The notes under the pieces are model-generated. The model did not search any database, was not told the DNA's origin, and saw only the letters and a program-made list of their open reading frames with translations. 64,000 nucleotides of DNA from Candidatus Latescibacterota bacterium (GTDB lineage Bacteria; Latescibacterota; UBA2968; GCA-2709665), in the NCBI GenBank assembly GCA_965219455.1, contig OZ244744.1, forward strand, positions 1,888,001 to 1,952,000, read 5' to 3'. A program made the position numbers and the translations under genes. Position 1 is the first letter of the stretch. Every line of letters starts with the position of its first letter. Shown one piece after another: positions 1-8,920 of this stretch.

Positions 1-118
1 GCGATAAGGCTCGGTGGAAGGCGAGACAACACAGATGCCAGAAGACAAATCTGTTTCATGGATCGGATCGGTAAAGGCCATCTCTCAATCCTCCGATTAT
101 CGGTCGGCTTTCAGTATG

Positions 119-3100
119 CTAAACAAAGCAAGCCACCGTTCCGTCCCGCTTGCCCACCACCAGCCCGCCGTCAGGCCACGCCGCCGCCGCGGTGGCTGCG
201 GTTCCTCCACCCGACCAGCTTATCTCTCCGTTTTCATCCAGACCCACTACCCTCCCATCCCAAAGGGCGACAAGACATTTACCTTCGCGCCCCGGCGAAA
301 GTCCCACCACCGGCGCCGCCAGAAACCGGTACCACAGCCGCCGCCCACCCGCCTCGAAACACTGCACGTACCCGTTCGAAGCGCCCGCGTACACCCTCCC
401 ATCGGCAACCGCCACCGACAGCACCGCACCCCCCACGTCCGCATCCCACAACACCTTCCCATCCCCTCCATAGACAATCAACTGCCTGTGATTCGTGTCC
501 ACGCCGCTGAACACCTCTTCGCAGCCATCCCCATTCACGTCCGCCGCACGAAGACACTTCGACCAGGACGGAATGGACCAACTCATGACATCCGGCCGCG
601 ACAGCGTCTGCACGCACACCCCGTCGGACTCGAACACCCGGACGCAGCCGTGAATCGACGGGTCCGCCATACCGGCCAGCACCTGCCGTCCGCACCCGTC
701 CCGCAGCCGCGCCACCGCCAGACACGTGGGCGGACCCCACTGGCAGGCGGAACGCCACATCAAACCGCCACCCTCGTCGAACGCATAAACGTGACGGTCC
801 GCGCATCCGGCCAGAATCTCCTGCCTGCCGTCGCCGTCGATATCTCCGGCCGCCAGGCTCAGCACCTTGCAGTTCAACCACGTCCAGTAGTCCCAGTTCA
901 TCGGCTGCCACTCGAGCTGATACGACCACACCTCCCTGCCTGACTCGTCCAGCCGATGCACCGCCTCGGCCTCCCCGCCGGCCACGACGCCTCCGTCCGG
1001 GAGGGCAAGGACCGTTCGGATGCTCCCCGGAACTGCGTGCTCCCATCGTATCCCGCCGTTACGGTCGAACGCCGTGATGCCTCCACTATCGTCGCCCGCG
1101 AAGCAGCCTCCTTCCCACGCATCCATCGCCGTAACGGCTGCGGCACACGTACCTCGCCAGGCCGGCTTCGCTTCTCCTCTTTCAGCAAGGAACGGCCCGG
1201 CGTCCAATCCGTCCAGGGCGCTCCCGGCGGTGGGAAGCAGGGCCGCGTCGGCCTCAATCTCGACGCTACCACGTTCGGGCGAAAGTGAAACGGTTGCCTC
1301 CGTCCCTTCGCCCACTATCCGATAGCCCGACGCTTCCGGATTCAGGGCATACGTCCGGGGATGGGCAATCTCGTCGCTCCAGAACAGGGTGGCGAATCTC
1401 ACCCCTTCGCCGGAACGAAGTCCTTTCAGCGAGCGCTGCACCCACCGCGTCCCCTCCTTCGCCAGGGCGGACGAGACCGGAATCAGTTCCTGACACCCGC
1501 TTCCCGTATGCCGCATCTCCAACCGCGCATCACTCTGGACCGCACGCAGCGTCCCATCCACCATTTCCACGTCCCCGTAAACGTGCCAGCGATCCTCAAC
1601 CAGGTACTCGCCATCCGCCTTCGCCCAGACTTCGTCGATGACCAGAAACCATCCCGCTTTGCCATGCACGATATGACGATACCAGTCCGCCAGGCCGGGA
1701 GACTTCATCGACGTGCCCGCCACGGACAGGCGTTCTCCTTCCTCGAGGTATCGCAGCGCCGCATACCGGGATTCACAGCCCGGTCCCGCACCGTCAACAG
1801 CGATACTCACCCCGTTGTGATCCCTCACCGACGCCGGACCCACGCGCCCTCCGAACCAGTTCTGCCCCCGGCCGGTATATCTCACAATACAGTTGCCGTC
1901 CTGATAGGAATGGGACCCGCCTGAAATTCCGCAAAGCAGCAGATAGTCGTCGTCATCCGTCCAGCCGGAACGGAAATACACCTTGTCGAACGTCTGTTCG
2001 AATGGCACGTCACGCAGGTAAACACCCTCGGGGGCGAATCCTCCGGGATCCTCAATAGAATCGTAGAACAGCTGCGAGAGCGGAGCCACCCCGACACGCC
2101 CCATCCGCTCCGGCTCTGCGGCGTCCCGTCCCGTCACCCAGGTACGGAACGGTTCCACGTTTTGCCGCACGGCCTTCTCCGCCAGGGTGTCGTCATCCCG
2201 GGTCCCGCAGTGCTGGAGGTATTCGTCGTTCCCCGTCACCGCCGCGGCCATCAACAGATACTGCCGCGGCCCGCCTTCGAGGTTGCTGTGCGCGATCAAC
2301 GCCCGGTCCACGCCTTCCAGATACGGTTTGCTGGAGAAATAGTCCATCTTTCCCGAAGCCAGCGCATAATCGGCGGTATTGAAGAGCGAAAACGCCCACT
2401 GGTGCCCCCACGAATCGCAGACCGGCTTGTTCGAGTTCATCTGAGGCTCGAAAAACACGTCGGCCAGCTTCATCCATGCCCGACCCTCTGCCAATCCATG
2501 CACCTGGTGGAAATACCGGCCCCCGTAAAACAGATCCAGCCCCGACATCGTCTGATGGTTCTGCCGCACGCGGTCCACCCCCACGTGGCTCAGGAATCCG
2601 CGATTTCCGGCGCCCTCCGTGGACCGGTATAGCCCCAGAAACGCCTCGAGCGTCTCCTCTCGCTGATCGCCGGGAAGGCCGGGATGGTTATCCAGAACGG
2701 TGAACGGAAGCAGCATGGTCCTCAGGAACCCATGGATCTGGGGCGGGTCCGGCAGGTGGCGCTCAAACCACCGCGTGCGCGCAAAGTTGCAGACCTGCCG
2801 GCAGAACATCTGTATCAGAGCCTCCATGCCGGTCTGCACGGCCAGCATCCCGATCTCCGATATGGCCCACATGTAGGTCCAGTCTCCCGGACCGCTCGTG
2901 AACTCCCGCTCCAGCGCTTCGTCGCCAACGTTCAGCCGCTCTTGCGCCGGTTTCATGTACAGGTCCGCCCATTTTCCCAGGTTCACCCGATGCTGATACG
3001 GAAGCGCGGATCCCTCCGCCTCAATTGTACGTGCGAGCGCATCCGCCGCCTGGGAAACGTCATCCGCCTCGCTCACCCCAACCACGATCACGTGCCCCAC

Positions 3101-3412
3101 GTCCTCCAGGGAGTGCGGTGCAGTACGGATCGCCCATCCGCCGGGACCCGGCCAGACCCGGTCTGTCAGATCGTACGCCCCGAAATAAAGCGTTCTCAAG
3201 AACGCGCTGTCCATCATATTGCCCAGCGCGATCACGTGTCTTCCGCCCGCGTCCAGCCGCGCGTCCGGCAGAATCTCCACACTACCCGGGACCGTCCCAT
3301 CCAGGACGGCCTTCAGTCTTTCCGCCGCAGCCCGATACGGCCCGGTTTCCGGCGCCGATATGCAGACGCCCAAAGTCAGATCCGTCTCGTGAATCGGTTT
3401 GCAAAACGTCAT
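119..3412 (-). CDS. Heparinase II/III-like (alpha-toroid + beta-sandwich) protein with C-terminal FG-GAP/PQQ-like beta-propeller, paralog 1
   Basis: ORF track 119..3505; ATG at 3412 preceded by AAGGAG chosen as start. Motifs RQNHQT and FDKVYFRSGW..DDYLLL.GISGGSHSYQDGN; C-terminal GDIDGDGRQEI/ADVNGDG repeats. Collinear paralog of 3560..6874. Confidence 0.7.
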   Translation of the reverse strand: MTFCKPIHETDLTLGVCISAPETGPYRAAAERLKAVLDGTVPGSVEILPDARLDAGGRHVIALGNMMDSAFLRTLYFGAYDLTDRVWPGPGGWAIRTAPHSLEDVGHVIVVGVSEADDVSQAADALARTIEAEGSALPYQHRVNLGKWADLYMKPAQERLNVGDEALEREFTSGPGDWTYMWAISEIGMLAVQTGMEALIQMFCRQVCNFARTRWFERHLPDPPQIHGFLRTMLLPFTVLDNHPGLPGDQREETLEAFLGLYRSTEGAGNRGFLSHVGVDRVRQNHQTMSGLDLFYGGRYFHQVHGLAEGRAWMKLADVFFEPQMNSNKPVCDSWGHQWAFSLFNTADYALASGKMDYFSSKPYLEGVDRALIAHSNLEGGPRQYLLMAAAVTGNDEYLQHCGTRDDDTLAEKAVRQNVEPFRTWVTGRDAAEPERMGRVGVAPLSQLFYDSIEDPGGFAPEGVYLRDVPFEQTFDKVYFRSGWTDDDDYLLLCGISGGSHSYQDGNCIVRYTGRGQNWFGGRVGPASVRDHNGVSIAVDGAGPGCESRYAALRYLEEGERLSVAGTSMKSPGLADWYRHIVHGKAGWFLVIDEVWAKADGEYLVEDRWHVYGDVEMVDGTLRAVQSDARLEMRHTGSGCQELIPVSSALAKEGTRWVQRSLKGLRSGEGVRFATLFWSDEIAHPRTYALNPEASGYRIVGEGTEATVSLSPERGSVEIEADAALLPTAGSALDGLDAGPFLAERGEAKPAWRGTCAAAVTAMDAWEGGCFAGDDSGGITAFDRNGGIRWEHAVPGSIRTVLALPDGGVVAGGEAEAVHRLDESGREVWSYQLEWQPMNWDYWTWLNCKVLSLAAGDIDGDGRQEILAGCADRHVYAFDEGGGLMWRSACQWGPPTCLAVARLRDGCGRQVLAGMADPSIHGCVRVFESDGVCVQTLSRPDVMSWSIPSWSKCLRAADVNGDGCEEVFSGVDTNHRQLIVYGGDGKVLWDADVGGAVLSVAVADGRVYAGASNGYVQCFEAGGRRLWYRFLAAPVVGLSPGREGKCLVALWDGRVVGLDENGEISWSGGGTAATAAAAWPDGGLVVGKRDGTVACFV

Positions 3413-3559
3413 ATCGCACTCCTTTACGCACGCCCGGAGGGCTCCAATTTGAAAAGGGATTGGTAAGCCACAGCCGGGCCGAATCTCCTTGCTCGGGATC
3501 GGCAAGCCGTTTCAACAGTTTCCCGGTTGACTACGCCCCGCGAGGTACCCCCAATACGG

Positions 3560-6500
3560 CTACCGGTAGAGCTCTATCGCTCCATCCTTTCTGCCCACCA
3601 GCAGACCCTGGTCCGCCCACGGAGACGCCCACTCCGCCGCTGTCGTTTCCGACGTTCCCGTGTTCATCGACTGAATCGCGCCCGAACCGTCCAGGCGAAC
3701 CACCGTTCCGCCGCGCAGGACCGCCAGACACCCGCCATTCTCATTCGGCGCCAGGCCGGCCACCGGCTCGACCAGAAGCCGGCGCCACAACCGGCTTCCT
3801 CCGGCGCCGAAACACTGCACGAATCCGTTCGACGCGCCTGCAAACACGCGTCCGTCAAAGACCTCCGCCGCGAGCACGGCGCCTCCCAGGTCCGCGTCCC
3901 AGACCACCTCGCCGTCCCGCCCGTATACAATCAACTGCCGGTGGTTCGTATCCACCCCGCTGATCACCTCGTCCTGGCCGTCCCCGTCCACGTCCGCCAC
4001 CCGCAGGCAGCGGGACCACGAAGGAATCGACCAACTGACGATGTCCGGGCGCTGCAGGGTCCGCGCCAGCGTCCCGTCCTTCCCGAAAACCAGGGTGTGC
4101 GCGTGAATGGCCGGGTCCGCCAGGCCGGCCAGCGTCTGCTGCTCCGTACCCTCCGTCAGGCGCGCGGTTTCCAGACAAACCGGCGGACCCCATTGGCAGG
4201 GGGAACGCCACAACAGGTTGCCCCCGGCGTCGAAAGCGTAGACGTGCCGGTCCGCGCATCCCACCAGAATCTCCTCCCGTCCATCCCCGTCAATATCGCC
4301 GGTCGTCAGGCTCAGTACCACGCAGTTCTTCCTGGACCAGCTATCCCAGTTCATCGGCTGCCACCGGATCCGAGACGACCAGAGTGTGTCTCCGGAAGCA
4401 TCCAGCCGGTACACGGTCTCCCCGTCGCCGCCCGCTGCGGCACCGCCGTCATTCATGCCCGCGAGCGCCCGGACGCCGCCTTCGATCTCTCGTTTCCAGA
4501 GTACGTCTCCGTCGGGATTGAATGCGGTCACCCCGCCGCTGTCGCCGCCGAACCCTCTTTCCGTCCCGATGTCCAGCGCCGTCACGGCATCCGCACAGCG
4601 TGTACGCCATACGGGCCTCGCCTCGCCGCCGGCAATTTGGAAAGGCGTGGAATCGGACGCATCGACAATTCGGCCGGCTGTGGGCAGCGTCGCGCCGGAG
4701 GCCGTGACCTCCGGGGTCTCAATGGTCTCCGTGAGTACAACCGCGGCGGGCTCGCGGCCCCCCTCGATCCGATAGCCGGTTTCCTCCTCGACCAGACTGA
4801 AATCCCTGCCATTACCGACCGGGTCGGTCCAGAAAAGCGTCCCGAACCGGATCCCTGTGCCCGGCTGAAGCGTCGCCGCCGACCGCTGGATCCACCGTGA
4901 GTGGTCGTCCGCGCACCAATAGTCCGATGCCACCAATTCCTGGCGACCGCTTCCCGCGTGGCGCATGCTCAATTGCGCATCGCCCTGAACCGAACGCAAC
5001 AACCCATCGGAAAGTGTCGCATCACCCAGAAGGTGCCAACGGCACTCCACCAGAAACTCTCCCGACACAGCTGGCCAGACCTCGTCGACGACCAGAAACC
5101 ATCCGTCACGGCTGGACACGATATGTCGATACCAGTCCCCCTGCTCGGGATAGGTCATCGACGTGCCGGCCGCGGAAAGCGACTCGCCTTCTTCAAGATA
5201 CCGCAGCGCCGCGTACCTGGACTCGCACCCCGGCCCGGCGCCGTCTACAGCAAGACTCACCCCCGTGTAGTCCCGAACGGTTGCCGGCGCATTGCCACCG
5301 GAACTCTTGAACCATGACGCGCCCCGGCTGGTGTAACGCACGATACAGTTACCATCCTGGTACGAATGCGAGCCCCCCGAAATCCCGTCCAGGAGCAGGT
5401 AGTCGTCCTGATCCGTCCATCCGGACCGGAAGTACACTTTGTCAAACGTCCGTTCGTAAGGCAAATTCCTCAAATATACCCCGTTCTCCGGCGCAAACGT
5501 GGTATAGTCTTCAATCGAATCGTAGAACAACCGCGAAAGGGGAGCCACGCCGACCCGACCCAGCCGTTCGGGCGCCGCCGCACGCCTTCCCGTCACCCAT
5601 GTCCGCAGAGGCTCTTCGGCCCCTCGAATGGTCCGTTCCGCCACCGCGCCTTCATCGATGGATTCACAAAGCTGCAGGTACTCGTCGTTGCCCGTTACCG
5701 CCGCGGCCATGCGGCAGTATTGTTCGGGGCCGCGTTCCAGGTTACTGTGTGCGAGAAGCGCCCGATCCACGCCCTCCAGGTAGGGGCGGCTTGAAAAGTA
5801 GTCCGTCTTTCCCGCGGCCAGCGCATAGTCCGCCGTGTTGAACAGCGAAGCCCCCCACTGATGTCCCCAAGAGTCACAGACGGGCTTGTTCGAAGCCATC
5901 TGTGGCGCAAAGAAGACCTCGGCCAACTTCATCCACGCCAGGCCCTCGGCCAGTCCGTGCACCTGGTGAAAATACCGGCCACCGTAGAAAAGGTCCAGCG
6001 CGGAACGTGTCTGGTGATTCTGGCGTACCCGGTCCACTCCCACGCAGCTCAGAAGGCCTGTATTGCCGGCCCCTTCCGCGGATCTGAAGAGTCCCAGCAG
6101 CGCCTCCAGCGTCTCCTCCCTCTGAGCGGCGGGAAGCGACGGATGGTTTTCCAGAATCGTGAACGGCAGCAGCAGCACCCGGATGAACCCGTGGATCAGC
6201 GTGGGATCCTCGAGCTTCCGCTCGAACCAGCGGGTGCGGGCGAAGTGGCAGATCTGATGGCAGAACATCGACATCAACACTTCATTTCCCGTCTGTACGG
6301 CGAGCATCCCGATATCGGCCACAACCATCATATAGGTCCAGTCGCCCGATCCGCCGCCAATGGATTCCTGCTCGATGTCCCGGTTACTTTTGGCTAACAA
6401 CTCCTGCGCAGGTTTCACGTACAGGTCCGACCACCGCCCCGGATGCAACTCGTATTGGAACGGCAGTCTCGGACCACTTTCAGCTATTGCACCGGCCAGC

Positions 6501-6874
6501 GCTCCCGCCGCGTCACGTATGTCCTCCGCGCTGCTCACGCCCGCCACGACGACATGCCCCACGTCGTCCAATGAATGAGGCGCCGTGCGCACCACCCACC
6601 CTCCGGGACCGGGCCACACCCGGTCGGTCATATCGTAGGCCCGGAAGTAGAGCGTTCGCAGGAACGCGCTGTCCATCATATTCCCCAGGGCGATCACGTG
6701 CCGGCCGTCTGCATCCAGCTTCCCGTCCGGCAGCACGTCCACTCGGTCCGAGAGGGTGTCCTCCAGCGTCCCCTTCAGACGCCCGGCCGCTTCCTGGTAG
6801 GGACCCGCCGCCGGCGCTGAGATACATACCCCCTCCGCCAGATCCGTCTCCTGAATCACAGGTGAGAATGCCAT
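3560..6874 (-). CDS. Heparinase II/III-like protein with FG-GAP/PQQ-like propeller, paralog 2
   Basis: 1104 aa with GGAGGAGG RBS; same motifs as paralog 1 over the full length. Confidence 0.7.
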   Translation of the reverse strand: MAFSPVIQETDLAEGVCISAPAAGPYQEAAGRLKGTLEDTLSDRVDVLPDGKLDADGRHVIALGNMMDSAFLRTLYFRAYDMTDRVWPGPGGWVVRTAPHSLDDVGHVVVAGVSSAEDIRDAAGALAGAIAESGPRLPFQYELHPGRWSDLYVKPAQELLAKSNRDIEQESIGGGSGDWTYMMVVADIGMLAVQTGNEVLMSMFCHQICHFARTRWFERKLEDPTLIHGFIRVLLLPFTILENHPSLPAAQREETLEALLGLFRSAEGAGNTGLLSCVGVDRVRQNHQTRSALDLFYGGRYFHQVHGLAEGLAWMKLAEVFFAPQMASNKPVCDSWGHQWGASLFNTADYALAAGKTDYFSSRPYLEGVDRALLAHSNLERGPEQYCRMAAAVTGNDEYLQLCESIDEGAVAERTIRGAEEPLRTWVTGRRAAAPERLGRVGVAPLSRLFYDSIEDYTTFAPENGVYLRNLPYERTFDKVYFRSGWTDQDDYLLLDGISGGSHSYQDGNCIVRYTSRGASWFKSSGGNAPATVRDYTGVSLAVDGAGPGCESRYAALRYLEEGESLSAAGTSMTYPEQGDWYRHIVSSRDGWFLVVDEVWPAVSGEFLVECRWHLLGDATLSDGLLRSVQGDAQLSMRHAGSGRQELVASDYWCADDHSRWIQRSAATLQPGTGIRFGTLFWTDPVGNGRDFSLVEEETGYRIEGGREPAAVVLTETIETPEVTASGATLPTAGRIVDASDSTPFQIAGGEARPVWRTRCADAVTALDIGTERGFGGDSGGVTAFNPDGDVLWKREIEGGVRALAGMNDGGAAAGGDGETVYRLDASGDTLWSSRIRWQPMNWDSWSRKNCVVLSLTTGDIDGDGREEILVGCADRHVYAFDAGGNLLWRSPCQWGPPVCLETARLTEGTEQQTLAGLADPAIHAHTLVFGKDGTLARTLQRPDIVSWSIPSWSRCLRVADVDGDGQDEVISGVDTNHRQLIVYGRDGEVVWDADLGGAVLAAEVFDGRVFAGASNGFVQCFGAGGSRLWRRLLVEPVAGLAPNENGGCLAVLRGGTVVRLDGSGAIQSMNTGTSETTAAEWASPWADQGLLVGRKDGAIELYR

Positions 6875-7215
6875 GGTTCAACCTCCTCCGTTCGGCTCGA
6901 ATACCTCCTCGAGCGCAACAATGAGACGCCCGGGTCCGCGCACGCCAGGCGTCATCGAAATTTCAACATCGGCCGTTCCGCGCGAACCGCTGAGTTGTCA
7001 TCACGGACGGACTTGTGGCCGCTGCCGTTCGTAAGTATCGACGTTTCCGACTCGCCACCAGCACGATATTATCGGGGAACACGATTCTAAATCTCCTGTT
7101 TCCTGGTGGACCTTCGTCAAATCATCCTCATATTCTGGCGGTGAATCGCCACAAACCAGAAACCGGCTGTTTCCAACCCTCCCACTTACGAGAAACTCTG
7201 GATCATCCGAATGAA

Positions 7216-7587
7216 TTACGGAAGAGGTTCAATTGTCACGCCACCCCCGTTTACAATCGTCAATGTTACGCGGTTCCCATAGAGCAACGACATACCGATC
7301 AGTGGTCCGCCTTCTGCTTGCAAGACAAGAACTTCGCGTTCCCGGCCATGCCATATCACCTTCGCGAGAAATACTTCCAACACGACCGTAGTTCCGTCAC
7401 CGAGGGTGGCACGCCGATTGCCAGCCGGTTGAAGTTCGAGGTGGTTGACCAAATCGATCGGTAGGATCAGATAGCCGTTGAAGCCTGTGTCAATTACCGC
7501 TTCGACGTTTTCGTTTTCATGACTTGAGCTAACGACTTCCAACTCGACGATCACTTCACGGTTAACCGTAATCCGTCCGATAATCAT
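7216..7587 (-). CDS. Clan AA (retroviral-type) aspartic protease, AF_0612-like
   Basis: AVIDTGFNG catalytic motif and PLIGMSLL flap motif; 123 aa; 4-bp overlap with the upstream gene. Confidence 0.85.
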   Translation of the reverse strand: MIIGRITVNREVIVELEVVSSSHENENVEAVIDTGFNGYLILPIDLVNHLELQPAGNRRATLGDGTTVVLEVFLAKVIWHGREREVLVLQAEGGPLIGMSLLYGNRVTLTIVNGGGVTIEPLP

Positions 7588-7853
7588 CGTGTGTACACCG
7601 AAGAACCGCTACCGATGCGATATGCCGTCGGATACCCGATTCGCAAACCGTAAATGACCGCATTGGGATGGCAGGCAAGTAACTGTTTCGTAGCCGACAA
7701 ATCGTCATCGTTGATTGCATATTCGCCGGTTTCAATGTCAATGACCAAGTACTTGCCTTTGTGTTTGGGATTCACCTTGTCCTGGATCTGGTGCACGTAA
7801 ATGGACTCACCGCGCGTTGCGGCTTCATGGGACGTATAATTGATATCGGACAT
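7584..7853 (-). CDS. Small partner protein of the aspartic protease (DUF5678-like)
   Basis: 89 aa, KGKYLVIDIETGEY...LRIG pattern typical of genes coupled to clan AA proteases; AGGAG RBS. Confidence 0.65.
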   Translation of the reverse strand: MSDINYTSHEAATRGESIYVHQIQDKVNPKHKGKYLVIDIETGEYAINDDDLSATKQLLACHPNAVIYGLRIGYPTAYRIGSGSSVYTR

Positions 7854-7904
7854 GCAATCTTCTCCTAAAGGTTTTGCACCTATCCTGATAGCAACTTGAC
7901 AGCG

Positions 7905-8138
7905 TCACACCGGACGTGGGATCCCTGGGACCGAGGGCATCTTCAAGCCCGCGCGAGCCCAGTCCTGCAACGCATAGTCCGTAGGTCCAAGTGCCACGTT
8001 CTGGCTTGTTATTAGTCCAACGACCAGATCGGGTCGCGAAGCGTGATAAGCCAAAGAGGAAATGACCGCAGTCGGCCGGCGTTTAACGCCCGTCACCCCG
8101 GGAAAGTCAAGCACCGCCACGTCACCCGGATTAAACAA
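7905..8138 (-). pseudogene. PemK/MazF toxin, C-terminally truncated
   Basis: PGDVAVLDFP..KRRP..VIS and ITSQ..DW..AGL.PS motifs, but only 77 aa; the end (MPSVPG) is encoded by a REP half-copy at 7923-7941. Confidence 0.75.
7923..7941 (+). repeat. Half copy of REP family 2 (CCCTGGGACCGAGGGCATC)
   Basis: 19-nt exact match to the reverse complement of the REP at 35810-35838 next to the free RAYT. Confidence 0.75.
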
Positions 8139-8280
8139 GATCCTCGTCCTCCGGGTATAGTGTCTCCGCGTAATGTAAGGAAGCCGACGTTAGATCTTCC
8201 TGGTCTTGCTCACTCCAGGCATCACTACGGTCCACAACTGAATCGTCGGACTCCGTCTTCGCTTGCAGAATCGTCTTCAT
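8131..8280 (-). CDS. Putative small acidic antitoxin of the PemK toxin
   Basis: 49 aa acidic ORF overlapping the toxin start; start uncertain. Confidence 0.5.
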   Translation of the reverse strand: MKTILQAKTESDDSVVDRSDAWSEQDQEDLTSASLHYAETLYPEDEDLV

Positions 8281-8513
8281 ATCCGACCAGTGGGTTTGCA
8301 CAGATCCAATGCTTGTCAACCGCGCCTTTAAGAGACGGATCCGACACAAGGCATACGCTTTGGCCCGGGACGAACTCCACGTGCGTTCACTCTCCAATAC
8401 GAAATTATGGGGGTCCTGCCGCAATCCCCCCTACCACACGGGCGCCCCCCGCCCGAATTGCCCTTGGCTTTTTCTACTCCTTGAACACCGCCGGCTCGCC
8501 GAACGGCGGACAT

Positions 8514-8816
8514 TCAACCCGGGCCGCCCGCACTTTTTGTATCATCTGATGGCTTCCACCGGGCTGCGTCCAGTATCGACCAGAGGTGAATCACGCACCC
8601 GAACAGGAAAATCAACGGTACGCCCCAGAAAACACCTTGGTCGGCGGAGGCAACAGACAGAATCACCCACCCCAAAAGGACAAACCACAGTAAGGCCGCC
8701 AGGATAAATTGGATGAGGGCCATTAGCAAACGTGCTTGAAGCAACTGGCCCAGACCGGGTACAAGAAGACTACACAAAGCTGCAAGGACATTGCCTGCCG
8801 AACCTTGCCCAGACAT
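8514..8816 (-). CDS. Small membrane protein
   Basis: 100 aa, hydrophobic, PGLGQ motif; GGGAGG RBS. Confidence 0.7.
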   Translation of the reverse strand: MSGQGSAGNVLAALCSLLVPGLGQLLQARLLMALIQFILAALLWFVLLGWVILSVASADQGVFWGVPLIFLFGCVIHLWSILDAARWKPSDDTKSAGGPG

Positions 8817-8920
8817 AAAATTCCCTCCCGATAGCGCTGCATTGATGCGACCCTGCCCGGCGGGAACCGACCGGGCCCGGTGTCGTTGCGCGATCGCGCC
8901 GGATCCATCACTAATCTCCC

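Noticed and set aside
14-4900. Long + strand ORFs 14..943, 3025..3963 and 3527..4900
   Set aside because: Antisense shadows of high-GC genes; Arg/Pro-rich with no motifs.
6880-7210. tRNA/att site or integrase at the island border
   Set aside because: No tRNA fold, matching direct repeat or recombinase gene could be identified.
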